Assembly (NCBI GenBank): GCA_002189035.1
Contig: NEEC01000015.1
Span: 434,001 to 498,000, forward strand
From: Utricularia gibba
Taxonomy: Eukaryota; Plantae; Magnoliophyta
Length of the DNA stretch: 64,000 bases
Direction of reading: 5' to 3'
Shown one piece after another: positions 29,069 to 44,366 of this stretch. Position 1 is the first letter of the stretch, and every line of letters begins with the position of its first letter. Both the position numbers and the translations under genes were made by a program. Below the pieces are notes generated by a model. That model ran no database searches. It had not been told where the DNA came from and saw only the letters and a program-made list of their open reading frames with translations.

Positions 29069-30769
29069 CTAACCTCTAGCCCTCTTGTTGCTGCATGCAG
29101 GGCACTTGTACTGCTTGATATGTTCGGCCTTCGCTGGAGTAATCTTCACACATTTACCATGGAACCATCGTTCACATATATCACAACATATCCAGAACTC
29201 GTCGCTCGCATAGTTATCACCGCATGCCCCACACAATGTACCTCCCTGTTCATCCTCCTCTTCCTCTGCTTCTCCACCGCTCTCAGCCTCATCCCCTGTT
29301 ACAGGATTCGTGCTTGCTTTGGACTGGGATTCGATCGGCCTAGATGGCTGTAGAAACGAGAGTAAAGAAATAAACACTAAAATACCACATATCGATGAAA
29401 TTAAGATAGACAGGGCGACCCAGATGGATGGATACTTACATTTCTGCCAATATGTTTGCTCTTGCTGCTGTTATTTGGGCCAGAAGAAACGTGCTCTGTT
29501 ACCTGATTCGCAGCACCTGATGCAACTTCAAATACTGTTGGTAGTTCATTGATCATCTGGAAGAGTCTCTTCCTATGGAGATGAAAATTCAGTACAAGTT
29601 ATATGCTTCCAAGGACTAGCATGTAGACAGCGGACGAGGTGAAAATAAACAAGAGGCGCGGCTTTGCGAATATTCATCCACAAACTCGCTCAACAGTGGC
29701 AAAAGCAAACAAATAGATTGAAAATAAGCCGCAGCCCAAGTACATAGGTTTTCAGAATCATCTTCTTACAAAGTCATATGGATATCACACGTTGCATTGA
29801 ATAAATGGTACATAGTAGTAGAGCAAAAAAAAGGAGCTCTCAGCAATGATCCTACCCTAATAATTTCCCTAACACGTGAAGAAATGTTATGAAGTCGTGT
29901 GGATTCCAGTATGTGTACATTTTTTAAAAGACACCTACCGCTCAGCTTTTCCGAATCCAAAACGAGCACCAAAGTAGAATGCAACAGAGAGAAGCCATGA
30001 GTCACTGTGCACTGCAACAAGAGATAACCAGTCTTTTTCCTGCATGCCATCTCTCGCAAAATTTATTCCAAGTGCCGGCTCAGGCAGTTCAGGAGGCACT
30101 TCTTCGACAGGTAGATTCACCTCCCATGTCTCGTTTGGCAGCCCATAGAGACAAAGGTTTTCCTTTTCTATATAACATTAAAAAAAAAAAAGGATGAACA
30201 CAATGTGAAACATGCACAGTCGCAGAACAACTACTTCTAGACACATTATGCATAGACACAAACACAAGGCACTGGAAAACCACATGATGAGCAACTGCAC
30301 GTGCCTATGGTAAAGAGTGCATAACTTGCAATTCGCAGATAAACGAAAAATTGGAGCTTTAACAGTCATTAACAAATTCAGCAGCGTTTTTGACCGAACA
30401 TAACGATGATATAAGAAGATCCGAAGCAAGCGGCAACCGACAGTCAGTAAACCCACGAAAGCAACTCACCGGGATCACACTGCTGGTAAAATTTGTCAAC
30501 ATCTGAAACAGGGAGAACAAAAGATCAACATGAGAGTAAACTGATCCAAAAAAAGGCATTGTACACGAGCACTAAGAACAAATCCGATGTGCATGCTAAT
30601 GTTACAGGAAACTAAAGCCACTAAAGTGCAACACGTGCTGCATCACATTCCAGGCGGGCAACGAATACGTACCAAGTGTGAGAGCTTTGATTAACCCAGC
30701 CCTTCGGCCTTTGAAATCGTTGAAGACCTCATCAACAGTTCTGGGCCCATCTTGCGGAGTTCCCTCCAT
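29069..30769 (-). CDS. AL6: Alfin-like PHD finger protein (AL6/AL7 type), 5 exons
   Basis: [79 protein letters not shown] finger [43 protein letters not shown]. Confidence 0.93.
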
Positions 30770-32484
30770 TCCCAATTCTTCAACGCGAATTCAATCCCAA
30801 AGTACGATAATATCGAACAACCAAAACGAAGGCAAAGGTGAAATTGGATCGGTCGAAAAGGGTATCTATCATTGAAGACCAGAGCAAGGCCTTCTTCTTC
30901 TTCCTTAGAAGAAGCAGAACATCCCAAAAACCAATTTAACGGATTGGGGGTTGGGGATAGGGTTGTCAGACCGGCACCCGATTGGACAGGAATCTCCCAG
31001 ACAAATACATTAGCCGAATCTGAAGGAAGCAACGAGAATACCTTAGCAGGACGACGACTTCCCCAACCTTCCCTAATTCTCATTGTACGAAATAAAAAAT
31101 TACATAAATTTAATTAATTTTTAATTAATAAGAGAATCTGATTGGACCAGCACTTCCTGGTCGAAACTATCAAATAAAATGGGCACATTTTCCACATCAT
31201 GTCCAACTATTTAAACATGTGTTTAAATTGTATATATATTGAATATTTTATATTTAAATTATTAATCACACCTATACTCATCTCATACACATCAACATAA
31301 GAAGCTTAATTATTTTAATAAAATCAACCGAAAATTACTCCGCTGTTTTGCCTTGTGTTTCAAAAATGACAGTTAAATTACGATTTTACCATTTTGAACT
31401 GTGAATAGTTCATCAAATTTTTTCGATTAAATTCAAATCGTTTTAAAATATAAAAAAATGAATCATGATCCAATTATAATTCTATCATAATTCAATTATG
31501 ATATAATTATGGTTTAATATTTTTTTCATAAGAAAAATAGTTTTTTAAAAAAACGAGCAATTTAATCACCTTTTTATAATTTAAAACATGATTTTAGGTA
31601 TAATTTTAATATTCCTTGTAGTCAATTTACTATAATACCCCTACCACTCCCACAGGACACACAACCCGTGGTTGACGCGATGCGGATATAATATTTCTGT
31701 TTTAAATGATATTATAAAATATAGTTAAAACTTAATAAAATGAATTCAAATCATTATAAAATTGATTCAACAGAGTTTAACCATTTTTATAGGTATAATG
31801 CAGACTTTGGTGCTCGTCCTCATCTAAGGCAGGGCATTAAGTTTGGGGTACGGTCAGTGATTATAGGGTTATGGGGAGGGTGGGATAGGGTAGGGGCAGC
31901 CTCACCGAGTGTCCACATGCTGCCTCCAAGGGTAGGGCAGCCTCACCCAGGCTTGGTCAAACTCGCCGCTTCTGATGCAAACACGACGAAGACGTCTCTC
32001 TCTCCGAGGTCTTCTGCCAGTCGACTGTCGTTCCTGTCTTGTTACCACAATGGCGAACTCCATGGAGACAGCGTTTGTTTAGTACAAGACTCTCGTGTAA
32101 TGATTAGGGAACCCGACAGGCGATCAGCAGACGCCATGAAACTCGGTTGTTCCATTTGGATTACCAGATTGATGGCTTGTTGTTTAGTTTAAAGTCAACC
32201 AAACTACAAAAAGAAGCCGGCAGTAACGTGGGAATCCTTCATCCCCATTGACATTTTCTCTGTTATCCACCTGATCTGACACAATCCATGGATTTGGAAA
32301 GAAGAAGGTGCGAGTAAGAAATTCAGAACATTAAAAGTGTGGCAGGAACTGGGTGATTCGATTTTCATCATTTGAGGAGTATAAAGATGGATATCTGTCT
32401 GTATCAGGGCAATTCTTCTGCATTCATTCACAGAATGTATAATGAACCTGAAGATAACGTACAACTAAAAAAGAAGGATGCAGG

Positions 32485-33697
32485 CTACTTGAAAAGGGCG
32501 GTGAAATCCTTACTTCCGTCATGTATGTCTTTCCAATCCCATGGATATGTAACATGGGATGATCCTGGGTTATCCGGCCCTGCCGTCATCGGTGTCGCCT
32601 CCGGCTGCGGCTGCGGAGTTGGGAAGTAGGAGACAAGGCTAATGGGGCCAACGGGAGTCGAAAAATGAGGGTTTTCATGGCTTTCTGCCTCGGGATGCCT
32701 GAAGCTGACGCCATTCACTAGCTTATGCAGATCATCGACGTTGGAATTCCGATAGATTGTCGAGGAGTTTGAAGAGCTAGAAGGGGGTTTGAAATGTGGG
32801 AAAGCCATGGTTTCTTCATCATCTTGCATTGATCTACTAGCTGCTTCCTGCTTAGCTGGAGGAGCTTGACTCATGGCTGGTTGTGAGCCTTTGGATCTCG
32901 GTATGGATCGTGGAATCGACGCATGATCTTCGATTCCCGGCCGTTTGTAAACCCGGCAAAGGGAGATCTCGGCCTGAAACCAACGCAAATAAATGTCTGT
33001 AGATTTAAGGATCTGAAAGAGGCAACAAGGTCCAAGGAACCATACCTTCTGGTGGCGTTCGGTTTCGTGAATAGGCAACCGGAACTCGTTCATCGTCCAC
33101 CCGGTTCGGATTCCTTTGGGGGCTTTTCCGGAGTAAAAAACAAGGGTTTTCTTGATTCCGATCGACCGCAAACTCTCGCTTCTTATCATTCTATCAGCTC
33201 CGGTCGCCTTCCAGTACCCCGACTTCGTCACGCGGTTCGGCCGATCCCCGTTCCTGTACTTCTTATCTCTGGGCACGTAGAAATACCATTCCTTCTCCCC
33301 AATCGCAGCCAAAGCTGAACGTTCATCTCGATTTGAGGGGATGTCTCAGCGCATTAGTCTTATAATTTTTAGATTTTTATAACTTAGAATTCAATTCAAA
33401 ATTTTGACTCAAGAATTCAATCCATAACGGCAGCATACCAGGAAGTTCCCAAGGATCGTATCGATACAGGTCCAAAAAAGTGATGAGTTCCACATTGAAG
33501 CGTTTGCCTTCGACCTTGCGACGGAGATAGAACTCGATGAGCTCCTCCTCCGTGGGATAAAACCGGAACCCCGGCATGACGGCGTCCTGCTCGTGCTCAT
33601 CCACCGGAGGAGCAGCAGCAGCTCGAGAGTGACGATCTTTATCATTGCTTTCTTCTTCCTGACGAGTGCTCATTAGACAAGTTGCTTCAATTGCCAT
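32485..33697 (-). CDS. LOV1: NAC transcription factor, LOV1/ANAC035 type; exons 33697-33439, 33314-33046, 32973-32485
   Basis: [99 protein letters not shown]; canonical 3-exon NAC structure. Confidence 0.92.
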
Positions 33698-35167
33698 ACA
33701 ACAGCAGCAGAAACAAACCCCTCAAAATCCCCCGATCTTCCCTTCCATGGTGGGTGAAGAAGAGATTCCAATTGGGAGAAGGAAGGAGAAAAGAAAGCAA
33801 GAAGCCCCAAGGAGATAAATAGCGGAAAGAGATTTGTGGCTGGTGTCCAGTGTCCACTAGTTAAAGAAGACTCTGTACCCTGAGTCAGCCCCCCTCCATC
33901 CCTCTCCTTTCCCTCAATGAAACAGCATCCATATCTAGGCTTAGTTGTGTGCTTTGTCATTAGCGGCATCGGAGACAGAAGAATTCAAAGAACCCAACAG
34001 GAAAGCATGTGACGTTGCCGTAAAAAAATATTCCTGAGGTCAGAAGATCAGTAAATAATGCCTTTCCAGTACAATCATAGCACCTCCTTCAGCATAATGT
34101 GAATCTAGGTTACGCAGAGGGGCATTCAGGAACAATAATTTCCCCATTTTCTTACAATATAATAAACCCTTATCTTATTGCACCTTCATCGCCATTCCCA
34201 TAACTGTCTCCTTGACCTGATACAAACCCCCACCGGCAGCGCCCTGGATGAACAAACCCTAAACGCCTCCACATGCAGAGATTAATTTGGATTTAACGTT
34301 TTTAAATAAAAACGGATAAAAAAAATTAAATGGGAAGATATGGAATTTTGTGGGACCCGCATGCATTCAACGCCGCGTGACGAGATGTGATTGGACCTTC
34401 TATGGGCGGCGGGGGGTTGGGTGTCCGAACTCACCTCACGTGTCATAAGTACACCAAATATTCATTATTATTATTACTTTTTTTCCCATTAATCGGTAAT
34501 TATTTCGTAATAAAAGGAAAAATCAATCGGTATTGTATATTCTAAACTATTTTGAGAAATAAATTATTAATGAAAAATAAGGGGGGAGAAGGTGTGTGAA
34601 AATAGGTTATAGAGTAAAGGCGGCAAGTGATTAGTACTCTTAATCTCGGTGTAATTAATTGTTAATCACCCTAAGCATTAATAATTAAGCGTAGATTAAA
34701 CCCAAAGGAGGCGTCCATGGTCACATAACTACAGCTCGTGACACAATCTAACAAGTCAATCAATCAATTTCAATATTTTAAAATCATGGAGTTAATATAA
34801 ATAAATCTAGGAATTGATTTAATGCATTTAAACAATAATTTTTAAATATAATTAAAAATTAATGATTTAAGTTATTATAAAAAATTAATTTAAACGCATA
34901 CTAAACTGGACAATGAATTCAATTTTTTTTAAAACACTGTTTGCTAGTTGAATTTGTTAATTTTTGGAATTGAAATATTGTCGAAATTATTAATCAAATT
35001 TAAATGATTTTTTATTTGATTTCTTTGAGATGGAGTGTAGTCATTTTCTACCTTTACCAAAAATTTTAACTGGGGCGAAAAGGGCAATCAAGGAACGATA
35101 ATTTTGTTTTATATTTCTTAGTGAAAAATTCCTAAACTATCCCTATCATATCGTAATAAAATCATCT

Positions 35168-35271
35168 TGGGCCCAAAACAAAGGCCTTTTAGTAGCCTAT
35201 ACGAAGGTCTTGAAAGACTTGGGCCTTTATGGGCTCCGGAAACGCGAGATATGAGCCGAACATATGGCCCA
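35168..35271. promoter_or_regulatory. Cluster of site II (TGGGCY) motifs upstream of RPL7A
   Basis: TGGGCC 35168 and 35220, TGGGCT 35230, GGCCCA 35266; typical of plant ribosomal-protein promoters (TCP-bound). Confidence 0.7.
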
Positions 35272-35347
35272 TGAATCAGCGGAAAGGGAAAATGGGTACA
35301 CGAGGGTTTCTGCTGCAGCCATTGCGTTTCGCTTTGCTCAGAGGAAA

Positions 35348-36718
<1,371 letters not shown>

Positions 36719-37721
36719 AGGATCGTGTATGACAGCTCTTCCCTAGGCAGAACGCTTACTTAATCTCCCATATCATGTGATTTCAGTTTTGGTTCTTGTG
36801 TTCAGTTCTCAGCTTGCAACATGAAAAATTTTGGATTTTTACATCTGATATAAAACTTGAAGAGCGACTGAGGTGTTCATCAGGCGCAGATTTCGTTTCT
36901 TAACAAACGTATTACTGCATTGGTTTGGTGTTGTGTTCCTTTCAAGTTCATCTGCCTGTGTAACGTTTGGCTGGAAATTGAAGAAGCTCTCCAGGTGCTT
37001 CACTGACGTACGAATTGAAATGAAAACGCTTTAGTGGCGTGCAAATCCCCCAAAGACAGGCTTTTTATTCCTACGGTTGTTCTCTAAAATCGACTCCCGG
37101 TTTCAAGGTGCATTCAACTCATCAATGAACACGAAACCCTTTTTTAAGTGGGAGTCTGACGGATCTTGGGTTTGGTTCTGAACCTTTTGGGTTGATATCT
37201 TGGTGGGTAAGTTAACGAAATTTTCAGCTGACTCATTAATGGCGTTTAAAAGCAACTTCGATACCCGAAATCCGAAAGTGAAGGGGGTTGTTCAAATTGC
37301 AGAAGAATTTGAAACAGGGGCTCGTTTTCATATTCCCCTGGTTGCCCGCCTACTCATTTCCTTCAGAGGGTCAACTTCCCCTTGCTGCATATTTGTCTTC
37401 TTTTCCTACGGAAGGAAGAAAGACCGTTGTTGCAGGTAAAGAATCATTTTTGTGCAAGGAAATGATGCCTCGTTTTCTCGTTACATCTGCGAAGATTTGC
37501 TTTCTCCCCGCTTCTACTGGGGCCATTTTAGACGCGTTAGGATTTATAGGACTTTCTGGGTTCTGGGTCTTGCTTGAGATTGCAAAATTTACTGGTTCAA
37601 CACTTACTAGGGTTTTTCTTTTTGAGTTCACGGATGCAATGAACGCGCATCAGGAGAAGATGGGTTCGAGGTTTAATTTGTTTGTCTTGTTGGCAGGCCC
37701 GCCTTTGGTATCTCTTAGAAG

Positions 37722-39099
37722 ATGCCAGATTCAGAGTTGGGGTTGGAAATAAAGTGTGATAATACCGTTGTTCAAGTGAGGGAAGAAGGTGAGTGTGTGA
37801 GGTTGGTTGCGCCAAATGAACTAACAGTACCCGACGCCGGAGCAGAACCAACGGTTCAACCAAGAAGTAGGAAACTCACATGGTGGATCAAGGCAATTTC
37901 ATTGTTTGCCCTTGCTGTAGCTCTGTTTCTCATATTCATCAAATGGGGAATGCCAGCAATCGTCCGGAAGGTATTTTATCTTTTCAACATCCCTTTTTCT
38001 TTTTTTTTTTTTTCTCTGCATTTACCATCACCAAGAGAGATGCCTTGCAAACAACCTGTGACTACTTAGCTGTGAAGTTGGAAACGGAACTACAGATTCT
38101 GTTAAAAGAAGAAGATTCCAAGATACTTAAATCCATGAACAAGATCTTTCAGTAGAGTCTATGAAACAGAATAAAGTACAACTTAGAGCTTACAAGAGTA
38201 CCTGAGCTTTTTATCTGACTGGGATGTTGTTTCTCACTGTACATGTCCTTCTTATCAGATCGTTTTCCCACTATTGAGGTGGGAAGCCACTACATTTGGT
38301 CGTCCAGTGCTAGCAGTTATACTAGTAGCATCTTTGGCTTTGTTCCCCGTGTTCTTGATCCCTTCTGGTCCTTCCATGTGGCTGGCTGGGATGATCTTTG
38401 GATATGGCTTGGGTTTCTGCATAATCATGGCTGGGACAACCATCGGAATGGTCTTGCCTTATTTAATCGGCCTGCTGTTCCGTGAAAGAATCCATGTAAA
38501 CCTACCACCCTTTCCACATATATATAGTGTTGTTTATGGCCTTGCTGTACTGAATTTCTTTCTCTGGGCTTGTTTATCTGCTAGAGATGGCTAAAGAGAT
38601 GGCCTCAAGCTGCTGCTATGATTAGGCTTGTAGGCGAAGGAAGTTGGTACCATCAATTCAAAGTGGTTGCTCTCTTCAGAATCTCTCCATTCCCATACAC
38701 CATATTCAATTATGCAGTTGTGGTAACAAACATGAGATTCCAGCCATATGTGTGTGGTTCTGTGGCAGGGATGATACCAGAAGCATTCATATACATCTAC
38801 AGGTTCACCTTCTTTTTCTTACCAGCCACATTGGTGTGATGCTTCCTTACATTTCCTCAAATTGCAGCGGGCGTCTGATGCGGACGTTAGCTGATGCACA
38901 GTTCAAGAACCGCCATCTGACGCCGGTGGAAATCGTCTACAATGTGGTTGCCTCCGCCGGAGCGATTGCTGCTGTCATAGGTTTCGGTGTATACTCCAAG
39001 AAGGCGCTGGCTAAGCTTAAAAAGGTAGAGATGGGAGAGGATGGAGGGAAAGCTTCCCCTTGGATGAGCCAAACAGTAGCTGCAGACTGCCCTGTTTGA
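37722..39099 (+). CDS. SNARE-associated Golgi protein (TVP38/TMEM64, DedA superfamily), 4 exons
   Basis: [80 protein letters not shown]; start ATG tentative. Confidence 0.88.
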
Positions 39100-39970
39100 T
39101 TAACAAGTGATCAGTGCAGCTTACTAGAAACATAAAGTGTTGCTGTTCATAGACTGTTGACAAATACCTGATAGTGATGTTCAATGAAATTGAAATATGC
39201 TTAACAATCTATGCTCAGAAAAATCCTTCAAGTCCAGAAGAGAATCGATGCCCGGCCACCCAAAGCGCCCAGTTTGCTCAAATTTCTCTGCACCCGTCGA
39301 TTTGGGAATTAGGGCTATAAGAAAATTGGGGCTTCATTAGTCCTATGATAGGAATGCTACTTTTTTTTAATCTTATTAAATGATTAATTTTATCTTAATT
39401 TATAAATATATTGAGATTTTTCATGCTCAGTAATATATTACAAAAAACAATCTATATTATTTTATAAATATCATTATCAAATGTAACGTCTCAATTTTTT
39501 TATACAATATCTTATATTTTGGGTGTCCAATCTCTACGATTTTATGTTATTTATTTTTGATAAAAAAATTCCATGCAAAATTATAGAAAATTATCCTATA
39601 TAAATTGTCTATCTATTATATGGTAAGCGCCTGAAGTCTTGCACCCTCACGCCGGTCATTTCTGCACTTTCTTGAAAACTCATCATCGAGTTTTGTCCCA
39701 ACATAGATCATAGTTCCGTACATGGCAAAAAGCAAATATAATAATATAATAATAATTATTATTTTATGTTTCACTTTGAGAATATAAATATTAAAAAAAC
39801 TATTACATAAATACCAGAAAAGCCATTTTCATATGTATATATTTCCCAATACAAATCACACACAAACCCTCATTTAGTAATATTTATATTTAGAAATTTC
39901 TTTATAATGGAAAAAGGTGAGGGGGAGAAATCGGACAATTTACAAACGAAACTCGCGCCGCTCTGATCAA

Positions 39971-42315
39971 TCATTGGGAAGCCTCCGCCATAGCGCCGCC
40001 GTTGGCTGATCCGCCGACGGCGTCTACTTGTATGTTCTTGTACTTGTACCGATTGGCCCAGAACAGGTAGCTGAAGAAGTTTAGAGCACTTAGTATGGCC
40101 AAAAACCAGTAGAACAAATCCAATTTGTTGTGATCCAAATCCTGCCCACTCAGCCATCCGCGTTTGTCGTGACTGCTTCTGCCCGTTATGGAGTTTATCA
40201 CATCGACGAAAACGCTGCTTAAGAAGTAGCCGAAGGAGAGGGAGATGTAGGTGAAAGAGGTGGAGAGTGATCTCATCCCCTCCGGGGCTTCTCGGTAGAA
40301 GAATTCCAAGGATCCGACGAGGGTAAACATATCCGCGATCCCGAAAACGCCGTACTGGAAAGCCAGCCAGAATAGGCTGATGGGCTTCAGTGGGTTTTTA
40401 AGAGAATGGCTTCTTCTCTTCACTTCTACCAACGCGGCGATGGCCATGGAAACGACGGAGAGAGCGAGGCCGATGCCTATTCGCTGCAAATGAGTAATGC
40501 CTGATGGGTGTTTGGTGAAATTCCTCAGAGAAGGAACAAGGAGGCGGTCGTAGATTGGTATGAGAATGACCATGAAGAGTAATGGGATGACGGGAATTGA
40601 GGCCGAGGGGATTTGGAAGGAGCCCAAATGGGTATCCGTTCTGTAACCTTGTTGAACGGAGAACGTTTGTAGCTGAGCCATACATGTGTTGAGAATGATT
40701 GTGCTGGCAATGATCGGCAACATTCTTGCTAGAATTTTCACTTCTTCTACTTGTGTAACCGTGCAGACTTTCCATGGAGACAGCCCTGTGTTGGTCTGGA
40801 CAATTGCCGCCTTGTCTAGCCATCTGCATCCGAGTAAGTTAACAAAGAGTTGTGCATCAGTTCACAGTTCATGCAGAGCACACAGTTACCTGAATTCTTC
40901 TGTGTGCGCCATTTTCTTGAACTCTGAGCTTGATGCTTTCTCATTGACCTCATACAGTTCACTGGGGCTCTCTGGAAGCGGCAAGCCACGGTTCCTGATG
41001 GCAGCTACTATAACCTGCAAGGTGCCCAGAAATCATTAAGAGGCTTTCTGAATCAGAATACCGGATTCAGCTACATCTTGCTACAACCTGCACAATTCTC
41101 AGAAGAGGGCTATCTCTAGGAACATGAATCCGATAGAAGATCTTGCCAAGCAGAAGACAAATGAGACCGAGGAATGCACCCACAGCCGTGATAAGAAACC
41201 CCTTCCACCAGTTGTGATTGTTCTTATTGGTGGCAACCCAAACAACAAGAGTGACTCCCAGAGATGCGCCAGAGACAGAGCTGAGCAAGAGCCAGTTGAA
41301 GTAACTGGCTAGAGCCTTAGCCCCTTTGGATTCCCTTGGATCAAACTGGTCAGCTCCTAGTGCTGGAATCGACCCACGGACCCCACCTGCGCCAAGAGCC
41401 ATGAGACACAATGACGCATAAAAGAAGACAGCAACACCTCCCTCCACGCAGCTCGGCTTCCCACATGGTCTTGGTAGCAACGCGCTGGTCTTAGCCTGGA
41501 TTGTCATCATTGAGAGTGCCTGGAGATGAAAACCAAACCTCATCAGACATTGTTGGATTGTGAAGTCGACTCATATGGTCCCTGTCTTCTCTCTCAAAAG
41601 GAATTGATTGCTTCACCAGACCGAGTGACAGTCAAAATTTTCAGCTTCTGCTTGTAAAGCATAGTAAACCATCTGGTTCAAGAGTAGTCTTCACAAATTT
41701 CTACTGTGAAGAAAAAAGGGGGGCAACAAGTACACGAAACCATGCAAGTTGTGATGTGTAGATATGGAGAGAAACCGACGACCCTCTGTCTCGCCTTACT
41801 GCGGTAACTTTAGGTGAAAATGGAGACAGTAAAATAATGTTCTCACTTCTACCGATGATGACGACGCGGTAAATATGAAACCATATGAAGGCATTACCAG
41901 AACCTCGACGGCGGCGAAGGCGGCGGAGGTGGCGAAGCGATTGAAGTAAGTGTCGGAGACGAAGCCGCCGACGAACGAGAGCAGATATGTTGATCCCATC
42001 AGATTTGTGAAAGTGTTGGCGGCGGTGGACAGATCGAAGTGCATCTTATAAGAGAAGTAGAGCACTAAGCTCACCATATTCGCCACAAATCCCATGTTCT
42101 CCAACCCAACAAATCCTGCCACGAAAACCAGCAACAATTTCAAATCTCTGAAACCTACATTCCCCAATTCCCCACATAGCAGCTTTATCAGACTCACCAT
42201 AGATAAAAGAAGCAGCTCTGAATCCGCCTCTACCGCTCTCACCCTGGTAAAAAAGAAGGGAACTTTGATGACAACAGAGCAAGGAAAGGAAGACCCAGTT
42301 CACTAAACTCACCAT
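39971..42315 (-). CDS. NRT1/PTR (NPF) transporter, NPF4 clade; ATG-only first exon
   Basis: GGFRAASFIY, GLENMGFVANMVSLVLYF, GAGGVRGSIPALGADQFD, CTVTQVEEVKILARMLPI, LQRIGIGL, EFFYREAPEGMRSLSTSF, LDLFYWFLA; phases of all junctions consistent. Confidence 0.92.
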
Positions 42316-44204
42316 TGAAGCTGATCTCGAGACAAGAAGTAAAGGAATTGAAGAGGGGAAACTAGCAAGTATACATATAGTGGTGGTGGAGAGGAAGAAC
42401 GAAGAAAGAGGTAGAAGAGGTCCTCCACTCAAGTAGTCTTGTCGAGTTCGTGTCCCTTTCTCTCTTGTTTCTTTCCAAAGAGATAGACGACTGTGACACA
42501 GTGACACTGGTATACGAACGCCACCCCACTATTTAAAAGCCACCCAAGCTAATGCATAGAAACACAGAAACAACTCAACACCAAAAGAAACAAATTACAG
42601 ATGGGAGAACTGTTTATTGCATCCAAGATCCTGTGATGATTACAGATAAGATAGATGATTGATCCAGAGGGAAATATTCCTTGTGTTTTGGAAATTAGTA
42701 GTAGGATTAGAACAAAAGGAACATGGGGTTTGGATTAAGGGGAGTCGTGGGTGTAGAAAGGGACCATATGGAGAGTGGGGCTCCCCTTCCTCCTTTTTCC
42801 CCTGTAAGTCATCCATCAGCTCTTCTTCCCTTCTCCATTCCTTCCTCCACTCCCCTTGCAACCCGCCAGCTTGGTCTCATCCACTTTCATTTCACAACCC
42901 CAACGAATCATTCCATATAAAGCGACAGTTTTATCACGTAATCTCCCCATAATCGTTACGGCTGGAATTCCCTCCATTCCAGGTTTAGCTTCAAACTCCA
43001 CTAGCACATCTCATTTGATTTGATGCAGTGACATCATTGAGGAGAAAAGATGAGGCCTTGATTGATTCAGTGTGGAGGGTAAATCCAAGTCAAAGTCAGA
43101 ATAAGGAAACCAAACAGTACAACTCTGGATTCATTAAATGAAGTTTAAATACTTGGGGCATCGCCATTAACATCCACCAAGCATCAAAAGGGATAATATC
43201 ATGCATTGTTGGGTGCTTTGGAGCAAGTGGTGCATGTGGAAACTCCATCTTTATTCTTGGAATGATAATAAAGTTCTAAGAAGCACGTGACAAAGCAACT
43301 TTTTTGGGTTTTTTTTTCTTTTCTTTCTTGAAAAAGATCGCATTTTTTTTGTTCAGTAGAGTTGGAAAATATTCTTGCATCACATCAGGCCTCATGCATC
43401 CCATCACGTCAACCTTAAACAGTTGCCAGTCAGACAACTGCACATTTTCCGCTGTCCGGTCTCCTTCATCTCCTTTCCCTCCCCTTGACAGTATAATAAT
43501 ACTCACACTCCAATCCCAGATCGATTTCTTGAAGAGAATGGCTGAGCTGATCTGTATTGGAGAATCAGCTTTGCAAGTTCATCTGAAACTGGAATAAATG
43601 TGGGTGCTTTGGGACTGGATGCGGAGAAGGTGCGGGAGGGACAGGGGGGCGAGCGCAGGGTGGTGCTCGTGCGCGTGTCTTTTAGTAGGTATGAACTGGC
43701 AACGCCACCAGGTCGCTTGGTCAAAGGGATAATATTGGAAATGAAGAGAGCAGCGGGGCCGCCTCCCCACGTTCGTCTGCTGGCTTCTTCCTCTTCACCA
43801 CCCTTGTTTACAGTCTCTGTCTCTTTTCAAAGTCTCCTGTTCTGGTGGCCGTTACGCAAACGCAAAAGCTTCCACACTCAAAAAGTAAGAAGAGGGTTAC
43901 CAGGTCTGACAGCTCCTGATTTTCGCCATTCGTGTGTGCACAGACAGACACGGGGCTGAATAATTAACTATTTACAGCTGCAGTGGTAATGCGTTTTCCA
44001 AGATGAGCTTGTTCTTGCATTGGGCCGGATGCCTCTGTTCAGAAGCATTGGTGAAGCCCAGAACGATGGGCGGTGCGGTTTGATCAGACAGTGATGCTGT
44101 CTATGATCAGATTGTCTACAACACAGGAGAATTGCAACTCCATCCTTAAAAACCTCCATATCTATCTTCTTACAAGATGCAGTGATGCAAATGGTGTTTT
44201 CTGG

Positions 44205-44230
44205 ACAACAACAAACAACAACAACAACAA
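44205..44230. repeat. Imperfect (ACA)n microsatellite downstream of the PHYA stop
   Basis: acaacaacaaacaacaacaacaacaa. Confidence 0.85.
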
Positions 44231-44366
44231 TCAGTCTTGGAGTTATGGTTTATGGGGATTGCCGGGATTCTCCTTTTCTACAACACAAGCCATGTACAGA
44301 GAACTAAATAACAGGGGAGTAGGACAAGTCAACTCACACAAATTGATGAAGATCTGGGCTTTGCAG

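Noticed and set aside
31740-32192. 150-aa plus-strand ORF downstream of the NAC gene
   Set aside because: Starts in an AT-rich block and crosses the G-rich repeat; no coherent protein signal. The DNA motif is reported separately.
34254-34264. AAACCCTAAAC, resembling a telomerase-RNA template
   Set aside because: No USE/TATA snRNA-type promoter or conserved TR features nearby; better read as an isolated telo-box in the NAC/RPL7A spacer.
37288-37752. 154-aa ORF upstream of the TVP38/TMEM64 gene
   Set aside because: TTG start, T-rich composition typical of 5'UTR or intron, no domain.
39620-39730. GC-richer island inside an AT-rich spacer, with AAAACTC/GAGTTTT hairpin and a C-box-like GATGATGA on the minus strand
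   Set aside because: No D box found; probably the 3' end region of the NPF transcript.
43180-43210. TCAAAAGGGAT resembles the 5' part of miR393
   Set aside because: Similarity stops after 11 nt and there is no proper miRNA/miRNA* duplex.
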